A stretch of 64,000 nt of DNA from the human T2T-CHM13v2.0 reference genome, Homo sapiens. Numbering within the stretch: the first letter of the stretch is position 1; each line of letters begins with the position of its first letter. Positions 59,142 to 64,000 of this stretch are shown piece after piece. The position numbers and the translations under genes are program-made. Under the pieces are notes generated by a model. That model had not been told where the DNA came from. It made no database searches and saw only the letters and a list, made by a program, of their open reading frames with translations. Location: assembly GCF_009914755.1 (NCBI RefSeq), contig NC_060947.1. The stretch is one strand, 5' to 3'.

Positions 59142-61524
59142 GATGATTACTCCCGTGGAAAAATTTTGTAAGTGCCAATCAAATATCACCCAAAGTCCGT
59201 TTGGAGATACACAGTAAATGAAATGTTTTAAGTGTCTCAGTTTTCAAACTCTCACTTGGGAAATGTTACTTTGGAAATACCTAGCATTTCTTTCTATGAC
59301 TTCTGCAGCTGTGATATTCCTTCTGCAATAAGTATTCAAGGAAGAAGTAAGGTTGCCTGTTGCCTACAGTTTTACTCCGTAGTGAAAACTGTGGGAGAGA
59401 TTTTGAGTGTCACATAATTTAGATTTCCTTTTCAAATATTAGACATGCTTTGTGTTTGGAGAAGCCATCATTCAAAGAATAGACATGCAAAGGTAAACCA
59501 CTGAAGCTGTGAGCACCTGAAATTCTGGCCCCAAGCAGATGCTTCCCTGATCTTAGATGTTGTTCTGAAGAAACTGGGGAACTGGGACTCTACAGTGTTG
59601 TTTACCAGAGATTGTTGTAGGTCAGTGACTGCATTTGGACTTTGTAGAAATACCGTTGTCTCAGTGTTGCAGAATATTAGGACAAAATGGAGAGTTTCAC
59701 TCTTCTTTTTTTTTTTTTTTTTTCCGGCTGTGAGTGAGAATTCCTACCAGCTAGAATAGCATGGATTGCCTTTCCTGTTTTCTTTTTACAGTAGCTTTGT
59801 TTGCAATTGCTTTAACTTTTCCCCAATTTCTTGGCATTTTGTAAACAGGATTTCTAGTTCAAGACCACTTTCTTCAGTTATGATGGTAAAGTGTGGTCTT
59901 TTTAATGCTCGGTCATGGTGATGGTGATGGTGGTGGAGAAGATAGGATTGAAGTATCTTGTTACTCTTTCCTTCCAGCAGAATCTTAATTTTCCCTTTTT
60001 TCCTTCTTTCTCTCGATATAACTATTTCTCTAATGAGACTATTCTGATTGTTATTCCCCAGGCAATGTCACTTCTAGGCTGCTAACCTGAGACCTACTCA
60101 CATTGAAGGCTCTTTCTTCCACCTGGTTTTCTTAGACACCAAGGCTCATGCTCCGTCTTTAACACTCAATGTGAGACTTTATGGGATGTTTTGTTCTGTT
60201 TTTCTTCTGGGTCCTACACTTTCTTTCCTTTTTCTCAAGGCTGACCATAACGGAGAGATGCAAGTTGGAATGGTTGTTGTCTTTCACTAGGCATGGGTCA
60301 TACATGATTTTATTTTCACTCATTTTTATTTTTATTTTGTCTTTTTTGAAAAGATGCACGGAGAGATTTTCATTCAGGCATCTACTCTTATCATCCAGAA
60401 ATGGAAGGTATCTGCAATCTCTGTTTATTTCTATCACCATGCAGATTATAAAGCATATTGTATAGTTTCATGTTTATAATTTTTATAATGTAAATGTTTA
60501 TATAAAATGTGTATAATTCATACACTTTATATCAAATATGATGTTTATAATTTTCATTGTAATGCTTATAAGTTTACTGTGGATTTTCTGTCTATATTAT
60601 ATGATGAAGAACTTTAGACAGGGTAGAACTAACACACTTTCAAATACCAAATTCTTTGATATCAAAGTTGCAAAACTTTGATATCAAAAATTGATAACAA
60701 ATAATAAATAAAATTGTCCTTTAAGAGTCAACAATAAAAATCTTTCATTTTAGTACAAACTGAACCTGGTACATGACAACGTTTGGATTAATAAAATTCC
60801 ATTTTTGATTCAAACCTGAAGTAAAAGAATGAATGAATTGGATTAGCATGAACTTCTTAGCACACAGTAGCATGATTTAGCTGGAAAAGCTGAGCAATAT
60901 ATTAAGAAATAAAATCAGAATGATTTATAATCACCCACTCTTTAGAAAAAGTGTGAAAGAAAGAAACATTTAAAAATAAGTAAAATTGAAGTGGCTTCAA
61001 AGAAAGAATTAATTCCATAGCGATGACAGTGAAGTAGATCATAAAATGCATAATATGAGAAGTGCAGAATAACTATTTTTCAAGTGTAATACTCTAATAG
61101 TATTTGTGTTCCAATATTTTGACAACTGCTAAAAATGGCAGCTGCCTGTAAAACTAGAATAAGTGTTGTCATAATACATTGCTGAAATTTTATATTTATT
61201 TTTTCACAAATTAGAAGTAAGTTTTGGTGTTTTCTGAACAGACTGCCAAATGTTCACCAGCCTTACAATTCACCATACGTTACATGAATTAAGAAAAGCA
61301 CAGCTATGCTGCAGAGTGTATTTGTCTTCAAAACAGCCACTTTAACCAATGTAGTTCTCTGTCTTTATGCGCCTGGCTCAGCACATGAATAAATACACAA
61401 ATGAGTGGTCCTGCCACTTCTTAAGCTTCATGATGCTTTCTACTCTCATCTTCTTTCTTCTCTTAAACAGGATTCAGGTATATCTGAATTCTGAGGCATA
61501 TTCATAGTCTGAACCCTAGGCATT

Positions 61525-61800
61525 TTTTTTTTTTTTTTGAGACAAAATCTTGCTCTGTCACCCAGGCCGTAGTGCAGTTGTGTGATCTCAGCTCACTGCA
61601 ACCTTTGCTTCCTAGGTTCAAGTGATTCTCCTGCCTCTGCCACCCAAGTAGCTTGGACTACAGGTGCAGGACACCACGCCCAGCTAATTTTTGTATTTTT
61701 AGTAGAGATGGGGTTTTACCATGTTGGCCAGACTGGTCTCAAACTCCTTGGCTTCCCAAAGTGCTGGGATTATAGGTGTGAGCCCCCATGCCTGGCCTCT
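61525..61800 (-). mobile_element. AluS with small deletion
   Basis: TSD ACCCTAGGCATT. Confidence 0.9.
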
Positions 61801-62782
61801 ACCCTAGGCATTCTATAATAAAATCAATAATACTTAAATACATGCACATTCATAATAAATATATTCAGCACAGCCATTCTGTGTTACCTTGACAAATAAC
61901 AAGTACTTAGTATTCAAGAAAAAAAGAGAAGTGTCTATTAATACATCTCTTTCATAATTTTACATAGAACTCATCAGCTATAAAACACAGTTGAATGGAC
62001 AAACCCCTAACCAATCTCTTAGATGCAATTTTGTGTGAGAATTCCTGCTTTGTAGAAGACAGTCAAATTCACAGTTGCATGCCCATGGCAACTTCCTCAA
62101 AAAAGTACTCAGGATTTTTAGGGAAATAAATATGACAGATGCAGACGGTGGAGAAATGGAGAAACCACCACCATTTACTCGTAGCTGCAACTATCCTCGT
62201 TTTGCATTAGGTAGTTTATATGAAACATCTTTGTAACTTTTCAGTGTTTTTAGAAATTATTCCTTTCTAAGATATCTCTCCCAGAGAGAGGCTGGAGAAT
62301 TTATTCTTCCATACCAACCTCCTTCAAGTGCATCTACCTCACCAAAGTGATTCCTATATGGCACATCAAATATTTCTTAGTTTAAGCAAACTAAAGTTCA
62401 CTATACTTAAGGTCATTTTATACTTTGAAAGGCTCCTGGATTTATTGGCCGTGCTCAGCTATGATATAGAACCATAGTTGTTGGGTTTTTTTTTTGGAGG
62501 GGGCAGGTATCAATAAATATTTTTGGGAGGAAAATGGAACTGCCATGTGAATCGATGATTTGAAATAATATCAAGTCTACTGTTCAAAAGATAGGGAAGA
62601 AGCTATTTTTTCTCCAAATAGTAATATTTCCCAGGGAGTCAGGATTCAAAGGTAAACTAGATCATTTAATTCAGTGATTCTCTTTGCTCAGAGTGGGAGA
62701 GTGGGGTCACAAGAACTCCCTTGCAGAGGAAACTGGTGCCATGAGGGTGAGGGGGTGTTGCCAGTAAATGGAGTCCTTCTAT

Positions 62783-63549
62783 TCAATTTTTAATTGAAAA
62801 ATAAAAATTATATATAATATATATTTATGGTATACAATGTGATTTTTGATGTATGTGTACATTGCAAAGCAGTTAAATCAAAATAACATATCGATGAACT
62901 CACCTACTTATTATTTATTTGGTGGGTTGATAAAAGAAAAACTTCAGCCGAATTACATTTAAAGGAGTTTAATTGAGCAATGAACAATTCGCGAATCGGG
63001 CAGTCCCCAGAATCACAGCAGATTCAGAGAGACTCCGGGTTGCCTCATGATCTGAATGAATTTATAGACAAAAAGGTAAAGTGACGTACAGGAATTGGAA
63101 GTGAGGTACAGAAACAGTGAGATTGGTTACAGCTCAGTGTTTGCCTGATTTGAACGCAGTTTGAACATTGAGCAGTCTATGAGTGGTTGAAGTATGGCAG
63201 CTGGGATTGGCCAACACTCAGCTATTGTTACAGGCGCATATTATTAAGTTAGGTTTTCAATTTTGTCTGACTATTAAGCTAAGTTACAGTTCATCCACAA
63301 GGACTCAAATATAGAAGTACGGAGTCCTTCTCAGGCCATATTTAGTTTGCTTTAACAGGGTGAACACTTAAAAGTCTACTCTCTTAGCAGTTTTCAAGCA
63401 TACATTATTATTAACTGTGTGTTTCTTGAATTTATTACTTCTTCCTAACTGAAATTTTGTATTCTTTGACCAACATCTCCTCAGTGCCTGATCACTTACC
63501 TGTGGAATCTAAAAAAGTCAAACTCTTAAAAGCAGAGAGTAGAATGATG
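62783..63549 (-). mobile_element. L1MA 3' end with 5' inversion (about 63490-63549 in plus orientation), split by MER57
   Basis: TSD GTCCTTCTAT at 62773-62782 and 63550-63559. Confidence 0.8.
62928..63357 (-). mobile_element. MER57-family solo LTR
   Basis: aaaaacttcagccgaatta...ctcaggccatatttagtttgctttaaca; TSD GGGT. Confidence 0.85.
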
Positions 63550-63924
63550 GTCCTTCTATATTTGCTTCTGTATTTCCTGTGGAACAAACGATATTCTGGT
63601 TTTCAGGATAAACCAATTCCTTTCCTATATCCACATCCTTCTCCCCTTCTTTGTTGTTTCTTTCCCTACTTTCCCACCTCTTTCCAATGCCCTCTCCATT
63701 CCTTGCCCCAGTCAGTGTCATCTTTTTGTTGAAACTTTCTTAACCTGCTCCAGGAATGGCTAGAGGCATCCTCCTTTTTGTCCACATGCTCTGTCCTTGT
63801 TCTGTGAATGGTGTTCACTGCATTCCATTTCGTGCTACTCTTAGATCTGTATCATTCTGGGCTGAGGGCTCCTTGACGAGGGAGACTCTACATCGCTTAC
63901 CTTTGTAGCAATATGGCGGCCGAG

Positions 63925-64000
63925 CAGGGGTCAGTGCGTGTCTTCTGTATAGGCAGATGGTAAACATTTTTGGCTTTGTAGACCATAAGGTTTCTGTTAC
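63925..64000 (+). mobile_element. MER58-like hAT element (5' part)
   Basis: caggggtcag...ggcagatggtaaacatttttggctttg. Confidence 0.6.

Noticed and set aside
58729-59217. RE-repeat and SL-repeat ORFs
   Set aside because: Translations of the GA tract

Overview
Primate (very probably human) non-coding genomic DNA, mostly made of transposable-element relics: Alu J/S, old L1, MIR/L2, hAT DNA transposons and about 20 LTRs. I recognise no cellular protein-coding gene, RNA gene or CRISPR array; the ORF track is mostly Alu, L1 and simple-repeat artefacts plus short ORFs with no recognisable homology. The clearest element is the 5' end of a minus-strand HERV-H provirus (1-2231): LTR7, a perfect tRNA-His primer-binding site, an intact major splice donor and a gag remnant. 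Its LTR carries the ACAAAAGAAG (SOX2/3) block described for the pluripotency-active LTR7up group. A dense LTR cluster at about 25-38 kb contains a MER41B with two intact GAS motifs, a divergently oriented solo LTR7 lacking the SOX block, a multi-level MLT2A/MLT2A/THE1A/AluSp nest, and a MER61 with a p53 response element inside an LTR8. Unique sequence holds a perfect hairpin built from TCF/LEF motifs, tandem octamers and several exon-like segments. I found no convincing evidence of a wholly new biological system; the best leads are regulatory hypotheses. Repeat subfamily names come from recalled consensus sequences, not a database search, and boundaries without target-site duplications (TSDs) are approximate.
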